A stretch of DNA of 64,000 bases from a candidate division WOR-3 bacterium. GTDB taxonomy: Bacteria > Hydrothermota > Tepidihabitantia > Tepidihabitantales > Tepidihabitantaceae. The notes beneath the pieces were generated by a model. The model made no database searches and was not told the DNA's origin. It saw only the letters and a list, made by a program, of their open reading frames with translations. The DNA lies in NCBI GenBank assembly GCA_965649295.1, contig CBFGKH010000006.1, positions 64,001 through 128,000 of the forward strand, in the 5' to 3' direction. Positions 1 through 8,385 of this stretch are shown here, piece by piece. Positions within the stretch are counted from its first letter, which is position 1. Each line of letters opens with the position of its first letter. The translations under genes and the position numbers were made by a program.

Positions 1-1769
1 AAGGTCGTGCTGGTACGGAGGTCATTACCTGGGTTGGCATCACTGGTAAGTTCGGTCGAGCAACGGACAGTAGCCGGCCCGCGCAGAACCGGCAGCCACA
101 AGGGGAATACTACGTTTCGGTATTCGGCCGCGGCTAGGTTCGTCACGGCAACCGACTGCTGGTAGTCGGGAGCGATGGCCAGCTTCACCTGACAGCTCAC
201 CGTCGCGTTACCCGGATTGTGGACACGCACCGTGGGCACGAGCGACTGACCCGAGTCAACGGTTGCGGCCGGAGCAACGATTGCGACCGGCGTCACGTCC
301 AGCACCCGCACCATCACTGTCGTCGAAACGGTATTGTTGCCAATCGACTGGTCACCCGGAAGTTGCGTCGTCGCCGTCACTGTTCGGTTGCCGCGCGGCC
401 GCGCAATCCAGACCGGAAAATCAAGCACCCGCTCCTCACCCGGCGCGAGATCGGTAGCAGTAACTGTGTTTGAGTAACCGCCGCTGATTGTCAATAGCAC
501 CGGGAAGCTGACCGTTGTGTTGCCGTTGTTACGCACCCGGACACTTGGAGTTACCGCCGTGCCAGAGTCAACCAATGGGCCGGGTGAGAGTATGACCAAG
601 GCCTGGGCATCAAGCAGTCGGACAAATCCTGTCGTGGTAATCAGATTATTGTCCGGCATCGTGTCGCCGTCGAGCATCGTCGAGCAGGTGACGCTGAAGT
701 CGCCGAGCGGAGAAGCAGTCCAGTTGCTGAAGCTGACCGTGGTCTGGTCGCCGATACCCAGTTCGGTTCGGAACTGAGTATTGCTGTAGCCATTGGAAAC
801 GTTAAGACGGACATTGTAGCGGATGGCCGGCACCGGCCCGTTATTGCGAACCACTACCTGCGGAGCCAGGTTTGCCAGGTACGCGACCGTGTCGCGCGGA
901 GCGATGATCGTCACCGGCTCAATGTCAGGGAATACTGGAATATAGGTAATCAGGATATCCACGGCAGTAGTCATTATCGTCTGTTCCGGTGGATTGACTG
1001 AGTTGCTGCGGCCGCGCTTGCCCCGGTGCTCACCGGTTGAATGGAACCGATACCACATCGAGGCTTCGACGGTACCGTCCTGGTGATAATACGAGACGAG
1101 CAGGCTATTGCCATGGACGTGCATCACCGGCGTCTCCATCGGCAGCGAAATCCAGCCCTCGAGTTCTGGCAGAATGAGCGTTCCCTCGCCCCAAGTAAGA
1201 GTGCCAGGATTGTCCCAGGCTCCAGAGCTGAACGCAGTCGCAGTCGTGTCCTTCAGCCAGTGACTGGCAAACATGATTGTGTCACCACCCTGCGCGTCGC
1301 CGTCGCTATAGAACCCAAGCGCGGTAATCCAGCCATTGAACATCAGTTCGGTCGAAAGATAGAGATACTGGCAGCGAAAGTAGGGGACGTCAGCGCCCCA
1401 AATGTGGTTATCAATACCCGGACCGTTACCGACTATCCGCGTGGACTCGACACTGAACGTCGGAACTGGTTTGACCTTAGGACTGGCTCTGCCCGCAAGC
1501 ACGACCGCTTCCGGTAAGTCAACCCAGTTGTCGTTTTCGTCCTTACGGTGGAGCGGACCGGATACGAGCACTGAATAGGTGCCGTCGTGGTTGTCGAAGG
1601 TCTTGGAGCACTCGGTGCGCAAGCGCACAATTTCATCTGTGGGCTGCCAACGACCAAACAGGCCGCCTTCACTCCAAAGTGAACGTTGGCCGCCAAACGC
1701 CATCGCGCCAAACCCGACTGGCAGAACCCCCATTGCCAGCACAACTACGATTGTCACTGAGCGGTTCAT
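1..1769 (-). CDS. Large secreted protein with CARDB-like Ig domains (partial, runs off left edge)
   Basis: Not in ORF track. ATG at 1769 after AGGAGGAG; MNRSVTIVVVLAMGVLPVGFGAMA signal peptide, then EIVRLRTECSKTFDNHDGTYS, RCQYLYLSTEL; spot-checked frame still reads ELTSDANPGND (CARDB-like end) at the window edge. Confidence 0.85.
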   Translation of the reverse strand, partial: MNRSVTIVVVLAMGVLPVGFGAMAFGGQRSLWSEGGLFGRWQPTDEIVRLRTECSKTFDNHDGTYSVLVSGPLHRKDENDNWVDLPEAVVLAGRASPKVKPVPTFSVESTRIVGNGPGIDNHIWGADVPYFRCQYLYLSTELMFNGWITALGFYSDGDAQGGDTIMFASHWLKDTTATAFSSGAWDNPGTLTWGEGTLILPELEGWISLPMETPVMHVHGNSLLVSYYHQDGTVEASMWYRFHSTGEHRGKRGRSNSVNPPEQTIMTTAVDILITYIPVFPDIEPVTIIAPRDTVAYLANLAPQVVVRNNGPVPAIRYNVRLNVSNGYSNTQFRTELGIGDQTTVSFSNWTASPLGDFSVTCSTMLDGDTMPDNNLITTTGFVRLLDAQALVILSPGPLVDSGTAVTPSVRVRNNGNTTVSFPVLLTISGGYSNTVTATDLAPGEERVLDFPVWIARPRGNRTVTATTQLPGDQSIGNNTVSTTVMVRVLDVTPVAIVAPAATVDSGQSLVPTVRVHNPGNATVSCQVKLAIAPDYQQSVAVTNLAAAEYRNVVFPLWLPVLRGPATVRCSTELTSDANPGNDLRTSTT

Positions 1770-2086
1770 AACCACTCCTCCTTAAATTCGCGCGCTACTG
1801 GCGATTAGCGCGCCTTTCCTGCCTCATCAAAAATGGTCTCCAATTCGCGCCACCGGCCTGATCCCAAGACCATGTGGCATCGTCTTGCCCGCACCGTAAC
1901 CACGGCTGCCTCTGCGGGCAATCAAGTGGCGAGTTGTGTTATTTAGGGGTCGGCCTGGCGCCGAGACGGTCTTTGCTCTGCGGAGCCACTAGCGGAAGCC
2001 GCGTAGTCGCCCCCTCACACATGCGCAAAGCCAGCACACGTATGCAACACCCCTCGTCTGCAGGCGGTTGTCCGCCTACTGACGTG

Positions 2087-2115
2087 ATTGTAGTGCTGCG
2101 GCTTGTGTCTGTCAA
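2087..2115 (-). promoter_or_regulatory. sigma70-type promoter for the 1..1769 gene
   Basis: Minus strand TTGACA-N17-TACAAT; implies a ~310-nt 5' leader. Confidence 0.65.
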
Positions 2116-2226
2116 GCCCCAGCGCTTAGCTGCAATGCGCAGACGAGTAACCTCGGGTTGACTCCCGGCCCCAGCCGGCCGCATACTGGTGATAGATTTG
2201 CCCCGGTTTTGTGTCTATGAAGACGA

Positions 2227-2862
2227 ATGGAAGTAGCAGTGGCCCGGCTTGCTGATGACGACGCTGGTGGCGACGTGCGACCGCCTGACAAGCAGTGCTG
2301 CCCGCCAGGCGAAGCGGCCACAACCAGCTTACCGGAAGAGGATAGCAGACTGGTGCTCCGGGCCCAGGCTGGAGAACTGACGGCCTTTGATGAACTGGTG
2401 CGGCGGCACGCGCGGCCACTCTACTGCTACCTCTGGCGGATGTGCCGCAACCAGGCCGAGGCGGAAGAAATGGCGCAGGAGTCTTTTGTCCGGGCCTGGG
2501 AAGGGCTGGCCCGATTCCGCCGCCAGGCAAGCTTTCGCACCTGGCTCTTTCGGCTGGCGACGAACCTCTGCCTGAATCGGCTGGCTCGAACCAAACGTTT
2601 TGCCGCGCTCGACGAAGAAGCACCCGGGCCAGCGACAAGCGAGCCAGAGCAGATTCATGCTCAGCACCGGCAGTCAGAAATGATTCAGGCCGCGCTGCTG
2701 GCGCTGCCTGCCGACCAGCGGGCAGCGCTGGTGCTCTACGCCTACGACGAGCTAAGTTATCAGGAGATTGCCCAAGTCATGGGTCGGTCCGCGGCCGCGG
2801 TCAATGGCCTGATCTATCGGGCGCGGGACGCGGTGCGGACTGCATTAGGAGCAGAAAGATGA
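2227..2862 (+). CDS. ECF RNA polymerase sigma-70 factor
   Basis: Region 2 (AFDELVRRH..AEEMAQESFVRAW..FRTWLFRLATN) and region 4 (LPADQRAALVL..LSYQEIAQVMG). True start may be downstream. Confidence 0.92.
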   Translation: MEVAVARLADDDAGGDVRPPDKQCCPPGEAATTSLPEEDSRLVLRAQAGELTAFDELVRRHARPLYCYLWRMCRNQAEAEEMAQESFVRAWEGLARFRRQASFRTWLFRLATNLCLNRLARTKRFAALDEEAPGPATSEPEQIHAQHRQSEMIQAALLALPADQRAALVLYAYDELSYQEIAQVMGRSAAAVNGLIYRARDAVRTALGAER

Positions 2863-3164
2863 ACGGACAGACCAGAACTCAGAGGCCAACAATGACCGCC
2901 GAAGATGCCGAGCTGGCAGCGCTGCGGGGAGAGGCCCAGCCGCCGGTACCAGCCGGTCTTGAGGCGCGCGTCATCCAGCGCGTACGGGCACGCGCCAGCG
3001 CAGCTAGACCATCACCGCTGCGAGGTTGGCAACTCGTGTTGCTGCGTGCTGCTGCAGTCGTGCTGGTCTTCTTCGGAATCTGGCTGGGAACGAGATTGGG
3101 CTATGCCATCTGTGGCGACCGGGTGCAGCAGTATGAGCAGCTCATTGCCGAGGAGGGGCTATGA
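2859..3164 (+). CDS. Putative single-pass membrane anti-sigma factor (101 aa)
   Basis: ATGA overlap with sigma stop; 3' part of track ORF 2442..3164; VPAGLEARVIQRV followed by one hydrophobic helix. Confidence 0.7.
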   Translation: MNGQTRTQRPTMTAEDAELAALRGEAQPPVPAGLEARVIQRVRARASAARPSPLRGWQLVLLRAAAVVLVFFGIWLGTRLGYAICGDRVQQYEQLIAEEGL

Positions 3165-3640
3165 AACGGTTCCTGCTTCCGCTGCTACTCGGTTTATCGC
3201 TGGCAGTGAACGCTGGTGTGGTTGTGGTGATTGTCCGGGAACGGGTGCGCATCCGGCGGTTTGAAAACCAGTTGGCGGCCAAGCTGCGTGACGGCCGAGC
3301 TGGAGTTAGGCAGTTCTTTCGTCTTATTGATGATTGGTCCAAAGTGCGCAGGCCTATCTTCGCCGCGATTGATACTGCTTATCAGGAACTCGGCCGGCTC
3401 GGACTTCAGCCGGACCCGGACTCGGCAGCGGTCGAGAAGGTGCTATCCCGGCTGGGCGAGCAGTTTCGGCTAAAGAAGCTGGCCGAGTTGCGGCTCAGCC
3501 GTGAGTTTTGGGCTCTGTACCGGCCCGAGGCCAAAGCACAACAGCAGGCCCGAATCAGGGCGATGCGGCAACTGGGCAGGAGGGGTGAAGGCAGGCATGT
3601 GGCGACAGACACTGCGACGAATGCGGGAGGTGAGAAATGA
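3161..3640 (+). CDS. Periplasmic Spy/CpxP/heavy-metal-sensor-like helical protein
   Basis: N-terminal anchor ending LSLAVNAG, helical body with QPDPDSAAVEKVL; overlaps neighbours in the ECF operon. Confidence 0.6.
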   Translation: MKRFLLPLLLGLSLAVNAGVVVVIVRERVRIRRFENQLAAKLRDGRAGVRQFFRLIDDWSKVRRPIFAAIDTAYQELGRLGLQPDPDSAAVEKVLSRLGEQFRLKKLAELRLSREFWALYRPEAKAQQQARIRAMRQLGRRGEGRHVATDTATNAGGEK

Positions 3641-4059
3641 AGTCGCGATGGTTGATGGGACTGCTGGTCGTGTCGCTATTGGCCAATAGTGTCGAACTCG
3701 TCGTGTTTGGTGTCGGGTTCGTGCGCCGCCGCGCTGAACAGCACCGACTCTTCAAGAGCTTGCAGGCCCGCGCTCCGCGTTGGCACAAACGACCGTTGCT
3801 CAGTGCGTACCACCCCGCCTGGGACTCGCTTGGCCGGCTGCTGGCCGCGGCCGACAGTGAACTCTGGGCGCTGAACGAGCAGCAATCCCTTGACTCGGCA
3901 CGACTGGCAGCAGCAGTCGAACAGGTAGTGAGCCTGGAACTAGCAATGACCCGGCAAATCTTTGCCAGCGTCCAGGCACTGCACCGACCCGAGTATGACA
4001 GCATTCGTCCGGCCAAGCTGCGACAGTGGCAAGAGTTTACCGGCCTTGACCGGCACTAG
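3637..4059 (+). CDS. Second periplasmic Spy/CpxP/heavy-metal-sensor-like protein
   Basis: VSLLANSV anchor and LDSARLAAAVEQV, parallel to the preceding gene; ATGA overlap. Confidence 0.55.
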   Translation: MKSRWLMGLLVVSLLANSVELVVFGVGFVRRRAEQHRLFKSLQARAPRWHKRPLLSAYHPAWDSLGRLLAAADSELWALNEQQSLDSARLAAAVEQVVSLELAMTRQIFASVQALHRPEYDSIRPAKLRQWQEFTGLDRH

Positions 4060-4178
4060 CTTCCAAACCAGTTGACAGTAGCGCCGACTAGAGAATAATG
4101 GCGGGATAGCAGAAATCCGAAGCAGGGCTTCGGACGCCAGACTGGACGACTGCTGGACAACCTGATGAGGAGAATCGC

Positions 4179-5516
4179 GTGAGCAAGACTATTGCTGCCT
4201 TACTGCTGCTTGCCCTGCTGGTGCCGACCTTTGCCCAGCCCGCCAGCCCAAATCCGGCGCTCGATGCGGCAGTCCAGGCAATCGAACTGATGAACCGCAA
4301 TCTCGGCCGCTGGTTCGTTATCGTCATTGTTGCCCTGGTGCTGTTTGCCCTCGTGGCTGCATGGCGCATCTGGGGCTACAGCCGGCGGCTGCTGGAGCTA
4401 GGCGAGCTGCGCAGTTCCACCGAACGCCGGCTGGGCGAGCTGACCGATGAACTGCTGCGCCTGCGGACCAAGCTCGTCTCAATCGGCGATCACGTTGACC
4501 GGACCGAGAAGGACATCGCCCTGCTGCGCCCTGAAGCTGCGGCCGACCTGGCAGCCCAGCTCAGTGGACTTGAAGAGGCAATTGCCGGCCTTACCGCACG
4601 GCTTGATACTGAGCTTGGTGAAGTGCGGCGCCAGTTGACCGAACTGGAAGCAAGAATTGCGGCGTTGACTGCGGCTGAGCCGCCCAAGCTCGAGGTTCCG
4701 ATTGAAGTCATGACGGCAACTGCGGCAGCTGAGGCCGCACAAGCCGCAGCAACCCAAGCAGCCCAGCAGGCAGAAGCGGCAGCAACCGAGAGTCGCGAGA
4801 CCGCTGCCCAAGCCCTTGCCGCTGTCCAGCGCCTCGAGGAGGAGTTTAGTAAGCAGCTTACCGAGCTTAGACTGCAACTAGCAGCAGTCCAGCCGCTGCC
4901 AACAGAGCCGGCAGTTGACGAAAGTCGGCAGCCGGCGGACACGGTTTCTGTGCCCCCAGAACCAGTGGCCACGGCGCCAGCCGAGACCGATGACGAAGCA
5001 GCTACTGGCGACGAGCATTTTGGGGCCGGTGAGTATGGCGAGGCCGTTGACTGTTACTCACGCTGGATTGAGAAGAACGAAGCTAACCCTGATCGGAATC
5101 GGCTGCTGGCAGTGCTGCACAACCGCGCGGTCGGTTATCTCCGCCTCGGTCGCTACCTCGATGCGCTGAATGACGCGGCCGCGATTGAACCATTGGTTGA
5201 TGTCTCGCCCAAGGCTGCCGGTGCAGCCCGGATGCTGACCGGCGTTGTCCACCTGTATCAGGGCCTGGTTGACGAGGCGCTTTCCGACTTTGAGCAGGCA
5301 CTGGTCGTGGACCCTTCTGCTCGCAAGACCCTGGCCAAAGACGAAGACATTGCCGCCTGGATCGAACAGAATCCAGCGGAAGCGAGAGTGCTTCAGCGCG
5401 GTCTGGACAGACTGCTGGGTCGCGAGAAACCCACACGAGCAGACCCGACAGCCGAGCGGCCAAAGGTCAAAAGTCAGAAGGCCAAAACCAGACCTGGAAA
5501 GCAACGACGGCGCTAG
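4179..5516 (+). CDS. Membrane-anchored coiled-coil protein with C-terminal TPR repeats
   Basis: Signal peptide, TM helix, long heptad/Ala-rich region, TPR-like motifs (HNRAVGYLRLGRYLDALND; GLVDEALSDFEQAL); GAGGAG RBS. Confidence 0.75.
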   Translation: MSKTIAALLLLALLVPTFAQPASPNPALDAAVQAIELMNRNLGRWFVIVIVALVLFALVAAWRIWGYSRRLLELGELRSSTERRLGELTDELLRLRTKLVSIGDHVDRTEKDIALLRPEAAADLAAQLSGLEEAIAGLTARLDTELGEVRRQLTELEARIAALTAAEPPKLEVPIEVMTATAAAEAAQAAATQAAQQAEAAATESRETAAQALAAVQRLEEEFSKQLTELRLQLAAVQPLPTEPAVDESRQPADTVSVPPEPVATAPAETDDEAATGDEHFGAGEYGEAVDCYSRWIEKNEANPDRNRLLAVLHNRAVGYLRLGRYLDALNDAAAIEPLVDVSPKAAGAARMLTGVVHLYQGLVDEALSDFEQALVVDPSARKTLAKDEDIAAWIEQNPAEARVLQRGLDRLLGREKPTRADPTAERPKVKSQKAKTRPGKQRRR

Positions 5517-5534
5517 GCAGTTCTCCGCTGGCGA

Positions 5535-6560
5535 ATGGGCATCTCCCATCCCTTAGCCGTTGCGCTCGTCTCCGGCGGCCTCGACTCAACCCTGGCCGCA
5601 GCCATCGTCAAGCAACAGGGAATCACCGTCGTCGGCATCAACTTCCAGGGCGGCTATTGTCCTGGTCCGTGGGAGGGACTGAGTCGGGCTCAGGTTGCTG
5701 CTGGTCAGATTGGCATCGAACTTGTCACCCTGCCGATTGATGCTGACTTCATCGCCATGGTGAAGAAACCAAAGCACGGTCGGGGCAAGAATATGAACCC
5801 GTGCATTGACTGCCACATTATGATGATTCGCAAGGCTTGGGAATATGGCCGCACCCGCGGGGCAGAGTTCATCGTGACTGGCGAGGTGCTGGGACAGCGA
5901 CCGATGAGTCAGAACCGGCGGTCGCTTGACCTAGTTGCGGCCGAATCAGGAATCGGTGACAGACTGGTGCGACCACTTTCGGCCCAGCTTCTGGAACCGA
6001 CCTGGCCCGAACGCACCGGACTGCTCGACCGCAACCGACTCTATGACATTCAGGGCCGAACCAGAGACCGGCAGGCTGCACTGGCGCGAGAGTTTGGCAT
6101 CAACGACTATCCGCAGCCGGCCGGCGGCTGCCTGTTGACCGAGAAAGTCTTCTCCGCGCGACTTCGTGAGGCCTTTGCTCACGGCGAGGACTCAGTTTTC
6201 CATATCGAGCTACTGCGCATTGGCCGACATTTTCGTCTCGAATCGGGCAGCCGGGTCGTGCTGGGCCGCAACAAGCAGGAGAACGCCGAGCTTCTATCCC
6301 GGCTACCTGACTCGGCCGCGCTGATTGATGCCACTTCCTTGCCTGGCCCGCTGGCCCTGCTTGTGCCCGACTCCGGCGAGGCCGATCGCCTGCTCGCAGC
6401 GCGACTCTGTGTCGCCTACTCCGACAAGCGCGATGCCGGTGCCCAGCCGGTGAGAATAGCCAGCATGCGCCGATCCGTGACCGAGCTCGCCGCCGACCGC
6501 ATCGTCACCGTCACCGCCCTTGGACCTGATGATATTCGCCGGCTCGCCATCTCCGGCTGA
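5535..6560 (+). CDS. ThiI/MnmA-like PP-loop tRNA sulfurtransferase (DUF814-associated type)
   Basis: SGGLDS PP-loop, NPCIDC, GEVLGQRPMSQ, PAGGCLLT, GRHFRL, GRNKQEN. Confidence 0.85.
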   Translation: MGISHPLAVALVSGGLDSTLAAAIVKQQGITVVGINFQGGYCPGPWEGLSRAQVAAGQIGIELVTLPIDADFIAMVKKPKHGRGKNMNPCIDCHIMMIRKAWEYGRTRGAEFIVTGEVLGQRPMSQNRRSLDLVAAESGIGDRLVRPLSAQLLEPTWPERTGLLDRNRLYDIQGRTRDRQAALAREFGINDYPQPAGGCLLTEKVFSARLREAFAHGEDSVFHIELLRIGRHFRLESGSRVVLGRNKQENAELLSRLPDSAALIDATSLPGPLALLVPDSGEADRLLAARLCVAYSDKRDAGAQPVRIASMRRSVTELAADRIVTVTALGPDDIRRLAISG

Positions 6561-6582
6561 ACTGGCTTCGGCCAGAAGCCAT

Positions 6583-6610
6583 TTGACCCCTGCCCGGGCA
6601 GGGCTAGAAT
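6583..6610 (+). promoter_or_regulatory. sigma70-type promoter 7 nt before ATG 6618 (probably leaderless)
   Basis: TTGACC-N16-TAGAAT-N7-ATG. Confidence 0.55.
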
Positions 6611-6617
6611 GAGGTTT

Positions 6618-8030
6618 ATGAGAAACTGTCTGCTACTCCTGCTCGTGCTGCTGCCGCTACCGGCAACTGCCCGACTCCAGGTCGGACAGACCGCACCAAA
6701 CTTCACCCTGCCCGACACGGCCTGGGTGAACCATCAACTTGTCGAGTTCCGCGGCCAGGTAGTACTGCTCAACTTCTGGGCCTCGACCTGAGGGACCTGC
6801 CGCGCGGAGTTGCCGCGCCTCTCCATCCTTCAGAACGACTACGGCCCCCACGGCTTCGCCGCCATCTCCATCAACCTCAACGAAGATATGATGAACGTTG
6901 TCCGGGTCTATGCCCGGCAGAACTCACACCTCTTTCTCCGCGACCCTGGCACAGTCTGGAGTGTTTACGCCCAGAACAACTATATCCCTTTGAACTACGT
7001 TCTTGATACTGCCGGCGTAATCCGCTATTGGGAGGAGGGCTTCGACGAAGCCGCCCTGGTGAGCGTGATTCGCCAATACCTGCCTGACCCGATTGACCAC
7101 GATGTTGGGGTGTTGCGTGTCATTGCACCCAGCGGCACGTTCGATTCTGGTGCAGTTGCTGTCCCGGCCTGCTCGGTTTACAACTACGGCGACCGGGTTG
7201 AGAACTATCCGGTACGGCTACAGATTGGCAGTCGTTATGACACGACCGTGCTAGTCACTAACCACCTGCCAGCAACCGGCCGCCGCGTCGAGTTTCCTGC
7301 CTGGACCGCACTCGAACGCGGCCAGCTCACCGTAGCCGCAACAGCCGAACTTGTCGGCGACGACATCGGCAGTAACAATACCGCGACCGGACTGACCATC
7401 GTGAATGTCCGCGACTTTGCCCTGACAGCGATTTTCGCACCACAGGACACGGTTGACTCAGGGACTACTGTCGTTCCCCTAGTCGAAGTACGCAACCTCG
7501 GAACGGTTGCCGATATGGGCCGGGTACGACTGACCATCGGCAGCGACTACGTTGACAGCGTCAATGTACCCCTGCAGCCAGGCCGCTGGGACACGGTTGC
7601 GCTACGAACTTGGACCGCCGGCGCAACTGGAGTCCTGCCCCTGCGCTGCACGCTAATCACCCGGCTTGCTGATATGAACCCCGCCAATAATCTGCTTGAA
7701 CGTACGGTCGTTGTGCTCGGCCTGGGAGTGGCCGAAGAATCCAAGACTATGCTAGAACCGTTCCGTCTAGAGCCAGCCACAAATCCGGCAGCAGGCCACG
7801 TGCTATTTGCCATCACACTACCCAACCCTCAGTATGTGGAAGCAACTCTCTTCGCGGCGAACGGAACACTAATCCGGCGGCTGTGGTCTGGTCCACTGCC
7901 AGCAGGCCAGCACAAACTTCGCTGGGACTGCCGGGACGAAGCCGGCAACAGAGTCGTCCCTGGCCGGTATTTCTGCTGCGCAGTAGTCGGCGACAGAACA
8001 AGGAATACTGGCGTTACAACCACCAGGTAA
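6618..8030 (+). CDS. Predicted selenoprotein: signal peptide + TlpA-like thioredoxin (UxxC) + two CARDB-like domains + FlgD-Ig/T9SS-like C-terminal domain
   Basis: Track ORFs 6609..6791 and 6810..8030 are in one frame; TGA 6789-6791 reads LLNFWAST-U-GTC-RAELP, the position of the first Cys of the TlpA WCxxC motif; SECIS-like hairpin follows. Confidence 0.88.
6789..6832 (+). promoter_or_regulatory. Bacterial SECIS-like element
   Basis: Stem GCGCGG 6802-6807 / CCGCGC 6813-6818, loop AGTTG starting 16 nt after the UGA; lower stem TGAGGGA 6789-6795 / TCCTTCA 6826-6832 (one G-U). Confidence 0.78.
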
Positions 8031-8047
8031 CTATTTCGAACCCGACC

Positions 8048-8082
8048 GGTTGGGGCGCGGTCTTGCCGCGCCCCAACCCTTT
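8048..8082 (+). terminator. Intrinsic terminator
   Basis: 13-bp stem GGTTGGGGCGCGG/CCGCGCCCCAACC, short T run. Confidence 0.7.
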
Positions 8083-8137
8083 GCCCGGACGCGTGGTTGT
8101 GATAGATTTCACAGTTCAGCGGTCATCATGGTTTTAC

Positions 8138-8166
8138 TTGACAAGCGGTATCTGGACTCCTACAAT
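8138..8166 (+). promoter_or_regulatory. sigma70-type promoter
   Basis: TTGACA-N17-TACAAT. Confidence 0.8.
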
Positions 8167-8172
8167 CTATCC

Positions 8173-8352
8173 GAGGCTGAGCTTCTGGGAGAGGCGAAAG
8201 CTGACGCTCCTGTGCCGTGGGGCGCAGGGCGTGGGGTGCAGCTAAGCCGCAGAATCGCAATGGAGACCGCGACCTCCCGAAACACAACCTCACCGGTCTT
8301 TAGCTAAAGACATACCGGAAGCGGTTCCGGTGGAGACAAGTGCCGTTAGCTT
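8173..8352 (+). ncRNA. Candidate structured 5' leader RNA (copy 1)
   Basis: GAGGCTGAGCTTC at predicted +1 and CCGGTCTTTAGCTAAAGACA at 8293-8312 both have counterparts in the paralogue's leader at 32870-33051. Confidence 0.5.
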
Positions 8353-8385
8353 TGGCGGCACGTGAGGCTAAACTAAGGAGGCAGT

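Noticed and set aside
219..1785. Plus-strand track ORFs here, and similar antisense or overlapping ORFs throughout (e.g. 26504..27385, 59129..60109, 63054..63425)
   Set aside because: Shadows of well-supported genes in GC-rich DNA, with no motifs or RBS.
1900..1990. c-di-GMP-I riboswitch on the minus strand (GCAAAG..CCTAAA..GCAGCC)
   Set aside because: No GNRA-capped P2 stem and spacing is wrong; resemblance is weak.
6609..8030. Nonsense pseudogene or two separate genes
   Set aside because: The only stop is UGA at the catalytic Cys position with a SECIS-like hairpin, and the frame is otherwise intact; Sec recoding explains it better.
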